Positions 8,193 through 18,094 of a DNA stretch of 64,000 nt are shown here, one piece after another. A program made the position numbers and the translations under genes. A model generated the notes under the pieces. The model ran no database searches, was not told the origin of the DNA, and saw nothing but the letters and a program-made list of their open reading frames with translations. Numbering within the stretch: position 1 is the first letter of the stretch; each line of letters starts with the position of its first letter. The stretch is from an uncultured virus (IMG/VR IMGVR_UViG_3300030104_003363) (lineage: Duplodnaviria; Heunggongvirae; Uroviricota; Caudoviricetes). Where the stretch lies: the IMG/VR virus record IMGVR_UViG_3300030104_003363, one strand, 5' to 3'.

Positions 8193-9377
8193 ATGGATGA
8201 AACGATGATAAGTAATGTAGCAAAAACAGTAAACGTGGCCGCAGACACCCTGCGGGCTAAGGCTGAATCAGTCTTGGCGGAACAAGGTGGTGCATGGAAG
8301 AATGCAGGTAAGTCTGATGACGACTGCGGTATTCTTGCGTTAAGGGTAGCGGCTAGAATGATTAGTACAGAAAACGCTAGACTATCAAGAAGCGGTGCAA
8401 CTAAATACGAAGGTATGTTTGTATCAGTACCTAGACCTAAAGAATGGGGTAAAATCCTATACAATAAAATGGCTAACCAACTGAGAACAGCAACAGAAGA
8501 TGTTCGCAACGTATTAGTAGAATCCGGTGCAGTAGTTATCTTTGACGATAATCACGACGGTACTTACACTAGACACGCTAGAGAAGATTTTTACGGTGTA
8601 GAAACTGCTGACGTATCTGAATTACCACGACACACACAAAAACTAGATGAGAATACACACTTCTTTGTTGTTTGGGATAAGAACAACAAGACATTCCCAT
8701 CCGGTGATGCTAACTTCAAATATGGTCGCCCTAGACCACAAGACGAAAGAGAAAGGACTATGTTATTCTTAGGCCGAAAGCAAGGTACTACTGATGAGGT
8801 AAAACCACTTACTGTTAAGGCAACACAAAAAGGTGCTGATGTACAATACCCTACCTTTACAACAGGTACTATTGCACTAAGACCTGCTTCTAACGGCACT
8901 ACTGCTTACGCTAAAGATGGTGTATCAGTCTTTGAATCTGACGCATCTTTATCAAGTATCTTTGCAGCAGACCCATTAACTCTTGTACCACAAATTATCG
9001 GTCAAGAAAATATGCTTTCCGGTTTGGATAAACTAGGCCAATACTACGATACACATAACGGCAACGATGGATGGTGGGATAGAACCTGTGCAACCGTCGC
9101 AGAAGTAATACACATAGACCCTAGAGATAATGGCGGATATGTATTAGTATGTGCTGATTTGGATATTTCTTCTACGGCTGCTACCGTAGATGTTTACATT
9201 CCAAGTGAACAAGATTCACTTGTGGACTTCGCTGTTGGTACTAAAGTACTACTTCACGGACAGGCATGGCGAACAAAAGAAGGAGAGGATAGGATGTCCA
9301 TCTCCGGTTGGTATGCCTTTGACAAAATAGCAGTCATGGATGAAGTAGTTTCTACTAACGACGGGTGGGATGAGTGA
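8193..9377 (+). CDS. Probable RPA-like ssDNA-binding (OB-fold) protein
   Basis: Helical N-terminus, beta-rich body and acidic tail (DGWDE); context; ATG 8193 has a GAGG SD. Confidence 0.5.
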   Translation: MDETMISNVAKTVNVAADTLRAKAESVLAEQGGAWKNAGKSDDDCGILALRVAARMISTENARLSRSGATKYEGMFVSVPRPKEWGKILYNKMANQLRTATEDVRNVLVESGAVVIFDDNHDGTYTRHAREDFYGVETADVSELPRHTQKLDENTHFFVVWDKNNKTFPSGDANFKYGRPRPQDERERTMLFLGRKQGTTDEVKPLTVKATQKGADVQYPTFTTGTIALRPASNGTTAYAKDGVSVFESDASLSSIFAADPLTLVPQIIGQENMLSGLDKLGQYYDTHNGNDGWWDRTCATVAEVIHIDPRDNGGYVLVCADLDISSTAATVDVYIPSEQDSLVDFAVGTKVLLHGQAWRTKEGEDRMSISGWYAFDKIAVMDEVVSTNDGWDE

Positions 9378-9625
9378 AGGCATTCGGTCATTACGTCTTT
9401 CTCCATAACACCATACAGGAGACTGTTGGTGGACTCATTCTTGAAGGCCATCTACAAGTCCTATCCGTAGGCGGTTTAGTGCCTCTTTACATAGAAGAGG
9501 GCTATTCCGTCATGGTGGATGAAGAAAAATTAATCCCTATCACTTCTAATAATACCGGAAAAGAAACTTTCGCTATACATTGGGAAAATATACTAGGGCA
9601 TTATGATGGCGAAGTATGGTTGTGA
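9374..9625 (+). CDS. groES: Co-chaperonin GroES (Cpn10)-like
   Basis: ETVGGLIL, QVLSVG, IEEGYSVMV, HWENILG match the GroES pattern; directly upstream of groEL. Confidence 0.7.
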   Translation: MKAFGHYVFLHNTIQETVGGLILEGHLQVLSVGGLVPLYIEEGYSVMVDEEKLIPITSNNTGKETFAIHWENILGHYDGEVWL

Positions 9626-9630
9626 GGAAT

Positions 9631-11145
9631 ATGGAAAATATATTACATGGACAGGAAGCGAGAGACAAGTTACTCTTAGGGGTAAACAAAGTCGCTAACG
9701 CTATCAAAGGAACATTGGGTGCAAATGCGGGTACTGTTATAGTACAGAACCCTGCGGGGCTACCATTAATTCTTAATGATGGTGTATCTATCACTAAGTC
9801 TGTTACCGACCCCGACCCTTACGTTCAGATGGGAATTAATCTCATGCAAGAAGTGGCTCACGAAGCACAAAGTAAATCGGGTGATGGTACTACTACTGCT
9901 ACTATTCTAGCACAAGCGTTGTGTAACACAATGGCTGATGACGATTCAGATAATATTAAGATAAAAGAAACTCTTACTAATTTGTGTCAATTCATAGTGT
10001 TTGAATTGGAACAGATGGCTACTGACGTTAATGATGATGACTTACTAGATGTATGTATTGTCGCATCTAATAATGATGAAGAATTGGGTACTTTAATACA
10101 TGAAGCACTTTTAGCCGTAGGCGAAGAAGGTAACGTGATAATAGAAAGTAATTCCGATAGCAGTACCACATGGTCTTTAACAGAAGGTCTTGTTATGGAT
10201 AGCGGCTATGTGAACAAACTCATGGCTAATGCAGATAGAGAGAAGTGTATTTATGATAATGCTTCTATACTTTTAACGAAAGAGAAAATAGATACCTTTA
10301 ATCACATAGTACCCGCACTAGAATTATCTATGAAAGCAGGTAAACCTTTGGTGATAGTCTGTCATGATTACAACCCAAGTATACTACCTAACTTACTTGT
10401 TAATATTATGCAGGGGAAACTAAATGTCTGTATAGTTAAAACGGCAGGTTTCGGTGATACCCAAGACAATTGGCTTGAGGACATAGAAGCGAAATGTGGT
10501 GGTAAAGTATTCAACTCATTTGACAGTATTGTTAAGGTAAAAGAACATGAGTTAGGTATATGTGATAAAGTAGAGATAACTTCCACTACATCTACCTTCA
10601 TTAAAGATGGGGTAGACGAGGATTATTTAGAAATGTTAGAGTATAATTTGGGTTTTGCAGTTAATGATTGGGAAACAGAAATGATACAGAATAGAATCGC
10701 TAGACTTACTTCGGGTATTGCATCTATCAAGGTAGGTGGAATTACTGACATAGAACAAAAGGAACGTAGAGAACGTGTAGACGATGCTGTCAATGCTGCT
10801 ATGCTTGCTAGAAAGCAGGGCATAGTAAGTGGTGGTGGCGTAGCACTTAAGGACATTTGGTGGAAAACCCATGAAATTGTTGAAGAGTTAGAAGGTATAC
10901 AGTATTTTGATGCAATTCTAGCACCTATCAATCAGATTTTATCTAATAGTGGTATTGTTTATGTCGGAACTACTTATAAGGAAAAAGACACGGGTTGGAA
11001 TGCTGCTTCGAGAAGAAGAGAAAACTTGAGATTTAATGGTATTATTGACCCTGTTGGTGTAACTATCAACGCTGTTGAATCCGCTTTTTCTATCGCTATA
11101 CTACTACTTACTACTGATTGTGCTATAATTGCACCACAGGAGTAA
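9631..11145 (+). CDS. groEL: Group I chaperonin GroEL (Cpn60)-like
   Basis: NDGVSI, GDGTTTATILAQA, GFGD, IKVGG, RVDDAVNA, GIVSGGG, GIIDP motifs. Confidence 0.93.
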   Translation: MENILHGQEARDKLLLGVNKVANAIKGTLGANAGTVIVQNPAGLPLILNDGVSITKSVTDPDPYVQMGINLMQEVAHEAQSKSGDGTTTATILAQALCNTMADDDSDNIKIKETLTNLCQFIVFELEQMATDVNDDDLLDVCIVASNNDEELGTLIHEALLAVGEEGNVIIESNSDSSTTWSLTEGLVMDSGYVNKLMANADREKCIYDNASILLTKEKIDTFNHIVPALELSMKAGKPLVIVCHDYNPSILPNLLVNIMQGKLNVCIVKTAGFGDTQDNWLEDIEAKCGGKVFNSFDSIVKVKEHELGICDKVEITSTTSTFIKDGVDEDYLEMLEYNLGFAVNDWETEMIQNRIARLTSGIASIKVGGITDIEQKERRERVDDAVNAAMLARKQGIVSGGGVALKDIWWKTHEIVEELEGIQYFDAILAPINQILSNSGIVYVGTTYKEKDTGWNAASRRRENLRFNGIIDPVGVTINAVESAFSIAILLLTTDCAIIAPQE

Positions 11146-11177
11146 ACTATATAACCGTAAGAAAATGAGATGATAAT

Positions 11178-12122
11178 ATGACATGGGGAACACAAGCACC
11201 GCAAGTAACTAAGACGAAAGAAGCACCACAAGGTACGGTGTACAACGAAGATTACTACCGTAATATCTTCAAGAACAACAAATCACAATCAGTTGATTTG
11301 CGTATGGGATTGGTAGGTTGGGAAAACACCGCTAAGACAGGACTAGCACTATCTATGATGGATGCAGAAATCAAAGCGGGTAAAAAGGTAGCAGTATTTG
11401 ATGTAGACAACTCAGCAAAATCTACGGTAGATTATATCTACCCCGATGCTGATAACATTATGGTAATACCACTACACGATGAAACAGACGATTCTATCTT
11501 TGATGAAGATAACAATGTAGATTACAAAGCATTAGTAGATAAGACTAATTGGTTTGTAAACATCCTAGCAGAAGAGGTAGCAGAAAGCCCCGATGATTGG
11601 GCGGGTGTCGTCTTTGATGGTGGGTCTACATTCCTAAAGTGGTGTGAACACGCCATGAGAGCATCACTACTAAGTCGTGGTGTCATTGAGACAGAAGATG
11701 GTACTTTTAACCAAAAAGAATGGCGAGAGCGTAATCGTATGAACAGAAATGTTTTGACTAGGATTCACGCTTTGCCTGTACCTAAAGTATTCTTTACCTT
11801 CCACCTAAAACCTGTACAGCAGTACATGGATGACGGTACAGGTAAAAAGGTACTAATGACAGTCGGTGATAGACCCGATTGGGATAAAGGTACTATGCGT
11901 AAGTTTTCGCAGCAGATATTCCTAAATAGATACATGAAAAAGGCTGATGTAGCCGCAGGTGTTAAGGGCGACAAAACCCTAGCCGACGGCGAGTGGGCTA
12001 TCAAAGGTACTATTGAGGAAATGAAGGGTAAGAACATGGAATATGTAGGTACAACACATACCATTTTGACCGTAAAAGATGGAAAGGTAGAGTGGACAGG
12101 ACTACCATTCCTAAATGAGTGA
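11178..12122 (+). CDS. RecA-superfamily P-loop ATPase (RadA/Sak4-like recombination protein)
   Basis: GWENTAKTG Walker A, VFDVD, VVFDGG Walker B. Confidence 0.6.
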   Translation: MTWGTQAPQVTKTKEAPQGTVYNEDYYRNIFKNNKSQSVDLRMGLVGWENTAKTGLALSMMDAEIKAGKKVAVFDVDNSAKSTVDYIYPDADNIMVIPLHDETDDSIFDEDNNVDYKALVDKTNWFVNILAEEVAESPDDWAGVVFDGGSTFLKWCEHAMRASLLSRGVIETEDGTFNQKEWRERNRMNRNVLTRIHALPVPKVFFTFHLKPVQQYMDDGTGKKVLMTVGDRPDWDKGTMRKFSQQIFLNRYMKKADVAAGVKGDKTLADGEWAIKGTIEEMKGKNMEYVGTTHTILTVKDGKVEWTGLPFLNE

Positions 12123-12131
12123 GGTGTTTAC

Positions 12132-12959
12132 GTGGAATGCGTTGTAGATACCGATTCATTGATTTGGTTATTAAAATGTACACAGCGTAGGCAAACTATT
12201 TCCGGTAAAAGTATTTCACAAGTTTCGGCTTGTATGTTGAATAGTGTCGGAAGTAGGATGTCTACCTGCTCTTTAACCAAAGATGGTGTATCATCAGTAG
12301 GTATATTTTCTATACCTTCATCGGGTGAAGCCAAAATCCCTGTTAGCGACATAGAGACTATGTTGGGAGTATTAAAGTATCACGGAAATGCTTTAACTTT
12401 GACTTATTCTAATGATAAGTTAAAACTAAGGTCTAGGTACAAACAAACGACAATTACCGCTTCCGAGAATGCTTTGGCATTCCCACATAGTCCTACCACA
12501 TTAAATGAGTGGTCTGATACTTCAATAACATTTGCCGCAAAAATAAGTGTAGGTAGGGAAGTAGGATATACTATGAATGATGGTACTATGCTAAAACCTA
12601 TATGCACATGGGAATCAGTAGATGCTGTTCGTTTGTTTGAAGCAGTTAGATGTGATGAAATGAACGGGCAAAAACTAAACAACTTTACCTTTACAGGTAG
12701 TGAAGAAGGACTTACTGTTGTAGTAGGTAAAGAACTAAAGGGTAGAACGGAGTATCAGTTAGATAAAAGAGGTACTAGATGGCCTTTCACAGCCACCTAT
12801 CAAGGCGGCTTCAATAATCTATTTAGTAATATTAACGGAAAAGTAAATCTACATTTCTTTGATTTCACTCAATGGAATCAAGGTATTAAAATGCTTATTG
12901 AATTAGGCGAAGGTGATTTCATTTTCCAATCAGCACTATTAGGAGATGAATACGTATGA
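12132..12959 (+). CDS. Probable sliding clamp (PCNA-like)
   Basis: Size, alternating alpha/beta pattern, position near RFC and PolB. Confidence 0.5.
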   Translation: MECVVDTDSLIWLLKCTQRRQTISGKSISQVSACMLNSVGSRMSTCSLTKDGVSSVGIFSIPSSGEAKIPVSDIETMLGVLKYHGNALTLTYSNDKLKLRSRYKQTTITASENALAFPHSPTTLNEWSDTSITFAAKISVGREVGYTMNDGTMLKPICTWESVDAVRLFEAVRCDEMNGQKLNNFTFTGSEEGLTVVVGKELKGRTEYQLDKRGTRWPFTATYQGGFNNLFSNINGKVNLHFFDFTQWNQGIKMLIELGEGDFIFQSALLGDEYV

Positions 12960-13330
12960 GAATGATGCTAAACAAAAATGCTGTTCCACTAACGGAAGAT
13001 GAGGAATACCCTTCTTATTACACTATACCGTATTTGATTGTAGGTGTGCCTGTACCCGAAGAGGGTTTGGATGGTGTTTCTGCATTTACATTTACCGGAA
13101 AAAATGGTGAAAACTATGTGGCTACTGTAAAAGTTAGACAAGAATTAGACCCTTTGTACCGTAGTGAAATATGGTTAAATGCGGAGTACATAGAAAAAGA
13201 AAGAAGCATGGCTGACATAGCAGAACAATTCGGTATCACACCTGCTGCTATCAATCAATGGTTAGTAAAACACAATATCCCAACTAGAGAAAGAGGTAGA
13301 AAGAATGATAGTGGAACAAGGAAAGGGTAG
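12956..13330 (+). CDS. HTH-domain protein
   Basis: RSMADIAEQFGITPAAINQWLVKHNIPTR. Confidence 0.7.
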   Translation: MRMMLNKNAVPLTEDEEYPSYYTIPYLIVGVPVPEEGLDGVSAFTFTGKNGENYVATVKVRQELDPLYRSEIWLNAEYIEKERSMADIAEQFGITPAAINQWLVKHNIPTRERGRKNDSGTRKG

Positions 13331-15545
13331 AGAAGTTATTGTAAGGTATAGAGATGCTAAAGGAAACAGACTCACCGAATCCATCAAAGGCCACTATCCG
13401 TACTGTTTTATTGAGAGTAGTAATGCCCCTTTTGTAGAAGATTGCGTTAGAAAAGAAGATGGTTACAAAGGTCTTTATGGGGAAGATTTAACTAAGATTG
13501 TTGTATCGCATAACTCGGAATTGAGGAATCTATCTTACTACGGCACTACATGGGAAGCAAATGTACCTTATGTTAATCGTGTACTTATAGATAGGCTAAA
13601 AGAAAAAGATGCTGAACCCTTTGAAAATTATAAACATAGGACTTGGTATCTCGATTGTGAATGGTCGCCCGCAACGAGCCAAATGAGGGTGATAGTAGTT
13701 TATGATAATTTTACCGAAAATGAATATGTATGGTTTGTATGCCCTTCTATTAAAGAAGAAGGTTTGGCTGATGGCGAACCTAAAAAGTTCGATACATATG
13801 GTGATTACGAATACCCTACCCCTGCACTCGGATTTGGTAGTGAAAGGGATATGCTTATTCATTTCTTGCGACACATGAAGAAACAAGACCCCGATATTAT
13901 CACAGGTTGGTATGTCGTAGGGGCTGATATTAGAACAATAGTAGAAAGATGTAGGGCTTGCGGTCTTAATCCCGCTACACTATCTCCTATGAGAAGAATT
14001 AGGTATAAGTTTGGTGATTGGGAACAACCAATTGTAGGTAGAAACTGTATAGATTTGATGATAGCATTCTCTAAAATATGGGAATTGAAAAATGGTAAAT
14101 TACCTTCTTACAAATTAGATGATGTTGCTAGTGAGGTTTTAGGGGAAAAGAAAGTAGAGTTGCCCGATGGACACGATACTTACTATTCCGACCTTCCTTT
14201 GTATGTACATTATTGTAGGCAAGACGTAAGGTTATTACCTAGACTTGACTTAAAAGTAAATGCTTTAGATTATTATACTGCGTTACAACACGTTGTACAA
14301 TGCGACCTACGTTCAACGCCTTTTATCACTAAGATGTTTACAAGTTTAGCATTGAAGGATGAGAAGTTTGATAAAAGAATACCTACACAACCACAGTTTC
14401 CTTACACGCCTTATGATGGGGCTAACGTCTTAGAACCCGAAGTAGGTGTATATGAGAACGTAGGTATCTTAGATATAAAGGCTATGTACCACAGCAACGT
14501 ACACAAGTACGGTATATCGTGGGACACACTAGACCCCGAAGGACAGGATTGTGGTAACGGTAGTAAGTTTAACGTAAAAGAAAAAGGTTTGTTGTGTAGA
14601 TTGATGGATGATATGACCTATTTGCGTAACGAAAACAAACTTAAAATGCTTATGAGTGATACACTAGAGAAGAAAAACAAATGGGATATTATGCAGTTTG
14701 CCTGTAAGTCTCTTGTAGCATCTATGTATGGCGTAGCGGGTGATTCTAAGTATGGTTTTTATCACCCCGAAGTAGCATCTGCTATTACATACACATCAAG
14801 GAATACGCTTGAGGAATTGATGTACCATGCAGAAGATATAGGTTTCAAGGTTTACTATGGGCATACCGATTCTATATTCTGTAACATAGATAAGCCCGAA
14901 GATGGTGTAGAAGCACTAAAGAAAATCAACAAAGAAATGTCTCCAATAGAAACTGAGTTTGAAAAGTGGTGTCCTAGTATGTTGATTATGGCTAAGAATA
15001 GATATGCCGGAAAAGTAACTTGGACTGATGGCTCTTACCATGACCCTAAAACTTATGTTAAGGGAATAGAACTTAAGCAATCTAGGATGCCTAGTGTAAT
15101 GAAATTGTGTATGAATACAGTCATTGATGGTATCTTAGACGGTACAGAACAAAATGAAATAACACAAAATATTTCTTCTCTTGTTGATGATGTAGTTAAG
15201 GGTAAAGTAGACCCTTCTGACCTATGTATGAAAGGTAAACTAGAGAAAAACCTAGATGACTACAAGGTCTTATCGGGTTCTGCGGCAGGTGCGGCATGGG
15301 CTAATGAATATCTAGGCAAAGGGTATAGAAAGGGTTCATTCTTTAAAGTTACGATAAATGAAAAAGGTAAATACATAGCATTCGATGACCCTTCTGAAAT
15401 AGAAGGTGTTACAAAAATAGGTAATAAGATTCTTGCAGAAAGATTTATCTTAAATAAAATAGAGCCTTATTATAATTTAGCAAAATGGGATATTCAACCG
15501 ATACATAACTCTTTACAGGGTATGAGTGGTATGAAATGGTTATAG
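13305..15545 (+). CDS. polB: Family B DNA polymerase
   Basis: ExoI DCE, ExoIII YCRQD, motifs DIKAMYHS, KSLVASMYG, YGHTDS, KNRYAG, KGIE. Confidence 0.95.
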   Translation: MIVEQGKGREVIVRYRDAKGNRLTESIKGHYPYCFIESSNAPFVEDCVRKEDGYKGLYGEDLTKIVVSHNSELRNLSYYGTTWEANVPYVNRVLIDRLKEKDAEPFENYKHRTWYLDCEWSPATSQMRVIVVYDNFTENEYVWFVCPSIKEEGLADGEPKKFDTYGDYEYPTPALGFGSERDMLIHFLRHMKKQDPDIITGWYVVGADIRTIVERCRACGLNPATLSPMRRIRYKFGDWEQPIVGRNCIDLMIAFSKIWELKNGKLPSYKLDDVASEVLGEKKVELPDGHDTYYSDLPLYVHYCRQDVRLLPRLDLKVNALDYYTALQHVVQCDLRSTPFITKMFTSLALKDEKFDKRIPTQPQFPYTPYDGANVLEPEVGVYENVGILDIKAMYHSNVHKYGISWDTLDPEGQDCGNGSKFNVKEKGLLCRLMDDMTYLRNENKLKMLMSDTLEKKNKWDIMQFACKSLVASMYGVAGDSKYGFYHPEVASAITYTSRNTLEELMYHAEDIGFKVYYGHTDSIFCNIDKPEDGVEALKKINKEMSPIETEFEKWCPSMLIMAKNRYAGKVTWTDGSYHDPKTYVKGIELKQSRMPSVMKLCMNTVIDGILDGTEQNEITQNISSLVDDVVKGKVDPSDLCMKGKLEKNLDDYKVLSGSAAGAAWANEYLGKGYRKGSFFKVTINEKGKYIAFDDPSEIEGVTKIGNKILAERFILNKIEPYYNLAKWDIQPIHNSLQGMSGMKWL

Positions 15546-15581
15546 ATAAGTATATAACCGAAAGAAAAGGAGAGATAAATA

Positions 15582-15890
15582 ATGTCTAACGCAAGTGATA
15601 TAAAAGAGTTACAAGAACAACAGAAACAATTTACTAACGGTGTGGTGAAAGCCTTTGAACAAGTTAGTTTTGACTATATGAAACTACAAACAATGTTTTA
15701 CGCATTGTTAAATGATTTGGGAAAAACCGATATATTATATTGTGCTAAATGTGATGAAGAGGTTTTACGACCTATACTAAAGGAGATACCTTTGGAACAA
15801 CATTGTCCTATGTGTGGTGATGAGTTGAGTATTCATATGCACCAAACAAGTGTAGAAGATTGGGACAACGGAAAGATAGAAGAAGAGTGA
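15582..15890 (+). CDS. Zn-ribbon protein
   Basis: CAKC...CPMC; own TATA promoter. Confidence 0.65.
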   Translation: MSNASDIKELQEQQKQFTNGVVKAFEQVSFDYMKLQTMFYALLNDLGKTDILYCAKCDEEVLRPILKEIPLEQHCPMCGDELSIHMHQTSVEDWDNGKIEEE

Positions 15891-15894
15891 TTAT

Positions 15895-16758
15895 ATGAAG
15901 GCCACACAAGACCAAATTGCTAATTCCTCATACAGACCTATGGAAAAGGATTGGTTGAGAATAAGCAAATCGTCTTTGATGACATATATGATGTGTCCTA
16001 GACAATTTTATTGGCGATATGTGGCTGATATACCCTCTCCACCGCCTAGCGTAGAGGCTATTCGTGGTGGTAAAATACACAAAGTTATGGAAGTAGGTCT
16101 TTTAGAAGGCTCAGACCAAGTAATGATAGCAGCAGAAGAAGAAGGCGTGGCTGATGATGTTGGAGTAGATAGTCTCAATATGTTATTACATCAGATAGCA
16201 CATGACATTGGCGGCTTTGACATAGTAGAAGCAGAAGTTAAACACCAAGTAGCAGAAAACTATAACGGTAAAAATATTGTTTGGGTAGGTATGATTGACG
16301 GTGTGATTAGACACCCTCATGGTGGATTAATTCTTATGGAATTGAAAACAGGTAAAATGAACATGGGTAAACTAGGTAGAACAAGAAAGGAATTGGTCTA
16401 TTACTCACGTTTATTGGAAAAATTAGGTTATGAACCAATCACTCATTTTATGTATATATCACCCGATTATGAAATACCCGAAGATGGTAACGACAAGTTA
16501 TTACTAGAGGGCGACAAAAGGGGTAAGACTTTGTGGTTGGGAGCAGAGCGTGGTATCGCTATTCTTGAGAAGATAAACAAGCGAAGTATAAATGCTTTCT
16601 CGGAATCCTTAAGTAGCACTATTGATACGCTAACAATCCAACAATACCCTATGAATTGGAATGACTATTTCTGCCCTTTATGGTGTGAGTTTAACATGAA
16701 TTGTGAGTCCGAAATGACGGGTTATGTGGATAATGGAATAGGTGAATGGAATGAGTAG
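15895..16758 (+). CDS. PD-(D/E)XK Cas4/RecB-like exonuclease
   Basis: SKSSL..YMMCPRQF, G..IH, GMID, ELKTG, C-terminal CPLWCEF..C. Confidence 0.85.
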   Translation: MKATQDQIANSSYRPMEKDWLRISKSSLMTYMMCPRQFYWRYVADIPSPPPSVEAIRGGKIHKVMEVGLLEGSDQVMIAAEEEGVADDVGVDSLNMLLHQIAHDIGGFDIVEAEVKHQVAENYNGKNIVWVGMIDGVIRHPHGGLILMELKTGKMNMGKLGRTRKELVYYSRLLEKLGYEPITHFMYISPDYEIPEDGNDKLLLEGDKRGKTLWLGAERGIAILEKINKRSINAFSESLSSTIDTLTIQQYPMNWNDYFCPLWCEFNMNCESEMTGYVDNGIGEWNE

Positions 16759-16906
16759 AATTAACGTATGTGCGGCTTGTGGGGCTAGTGAAAGTTGGGT
16801 AGATGAAGATATAATGTGGAGAGTAACAGGAGAAGAAGGGGCAGACCCCGAAGAAATTACTGTACTTACTTGTAAATGTAGCAATAAACAAAAGAAAGAA
16901 GAGTGA
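16751..16906 (+). CDS. 51-aa Zn-finger microprotein (not in ORF track)
   Basis: MSRINVCAACG...CKC; GGTGA SD. Confidence 0.65.
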   Translation: MSRINVCAACGASESWVDEDIMWRVTGEEGADPEEITVLTCKCSNKQKKEE

Positions 16907-16910
16907 TTAT

Positions 16911-17924
16911 ATGCTTAATTTTCCTAGAGAGATAGGGCTACGTCGTAAGATTTGTAGAACCCAAGAAGAATATGATAATTACGTTAAAAGTATTAACGGT
17001 AAATCTTCTTGTTACACATCTTTGTATAGTTTTCAACGAGTACACCCTAACAAATCTTGGAAAGTAGATACAGAAACAGTAATCATGGATAGAGCATGGT
17101 GGGATTTTGACATTGTAGAGGGTGGTACTCTTGATGATGTTAAGAAAGATGTAGCAGTACTACTAAATAGACTTAAGGGAGATGTAAGGTTAGTCTTTAC
17201 AGGTAGAGGATTTCATATCCATCAGATGTTCGATAAAAATGTCATTGGTACTACCATAGCCAAGCACGTTGATAGGTACGAGAGAGAGGTCGCTAGAGGG
17301 CTAAAAACACTAGATGGTGTAGGACACCCACTAAAACTAACACGCATACCGGACACATACAACACTACTAGGAAAAAGTGGGCTGTAAATGTAGACTTGA
17401 ATGCGTTCAAAGCAGACCCTCTAGGGTATAACATACCCGAAAAACCTTTACCGCAACTAAAAGGCAACGACCCTTTTAAGGGAAAACAAAGTCAATCTAA
17501 TTTTAGTATAATAAAATGGATTGCTAATAATCCTGTTAAGGTAGAATACTTACCTGTTAGTGGTACTTTTGACGGAAATATAACTTCCGCTAGTCAGATA
17601 CCTATACCACCATGTATAGATAATGCTATGAGACACGAAAACCCTAGACACGAAGTAAGGATAGCGTTGGCTCAGCATTTGTATGAGAATCTAAGGTGGT
17701 TTGCACACCCCTCTACTTTAACAGTAGAACAGAAAAACAAAATTACCGAAGAAATAATAGATTTTATTTCCACACTAGGGTGGAGAGACTTCAATGAATA
17801 CACAAGCAGAAAGCACGTAAGAAGTCTGCTTAACTACGAGAGAACACCGTCTTGTTCGTGGTTACAAACAAGAGGGCTGTGCGAAGCATCCTGTTGGCGA
17901 GATGACGGTACAAGGAGAAAATAA
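16911..17924 (+). CDS. Archaeo-eukaryotic primase (PriS catalytic domain fused to PriL Fe-S-like domain)
   Basis: WDFD, FTGRGFH, RIP.T.N; C-terminal PPC..., PSC...GLC...C. Confidence 0.85.
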   Translation: MLNFPREIGLRRKICRTQEEYDNYVKSINGKSSCYTSLYSFQRVHPNKSWKVDTETVIMDRAWWDFDIVEGGTLDDVKKDVAVLLNRLKGDVRLVFTGRGFHIHQMFDKNVIGTTIAKHVDRYEREVARGLKTLDGVGHPLKLTRIPDTYNTTRKKWAVNVDLNAFKADPLGYNIPEKPLPQLKGNDPFKGKQSQSNFSIIKWIANNPVKVEYLPVSGTFDGNITSASQIPIPPCIDNAMRHENPRHEVRIALAQHLYENLRWFAHPSTLTVEQKNKITEEIIDFISTLGWRDFNEYTSRKHVRSLLNYERTPSCSWLQTRGLCEASCWRDDGTRRK

Positions 17925-17925
17925 T

Positions 17926-18069
17926 ATGGTATTAGATAGACACCCAAACGCATTTTTTGGTTTAGAAAAAGAACCATGCAATTTCTGTAAAAGCACTTTG
18001 GGTTATCTTTACCCTAAAAATATGCCACCAGTCTGCATGAATTGTAGTATGGAAAAACAATCCTCTTAA
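17926..18069 (+). CDS. 47-aa Zn-finger microprotein (not in ORF track)
   Basis: CNFC...CMNC. Confidence 0.55.
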   Translation: MVLDRHPNAFFGLEKEPCNFCKSTLGYLYPKNMPPVCMNCSMEKQSS

Positions 18070-18094
18070 ATACAGTAATAATACTGTAACAACT

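Noticed and set aside
13305..15545. Inteins or introns in PolB, also checked in the MCM-like and terminase genes
   Set aside because: Lengths are compact and motifs contiguous; no intein splice-junction or LAGLIDADG pattern seen
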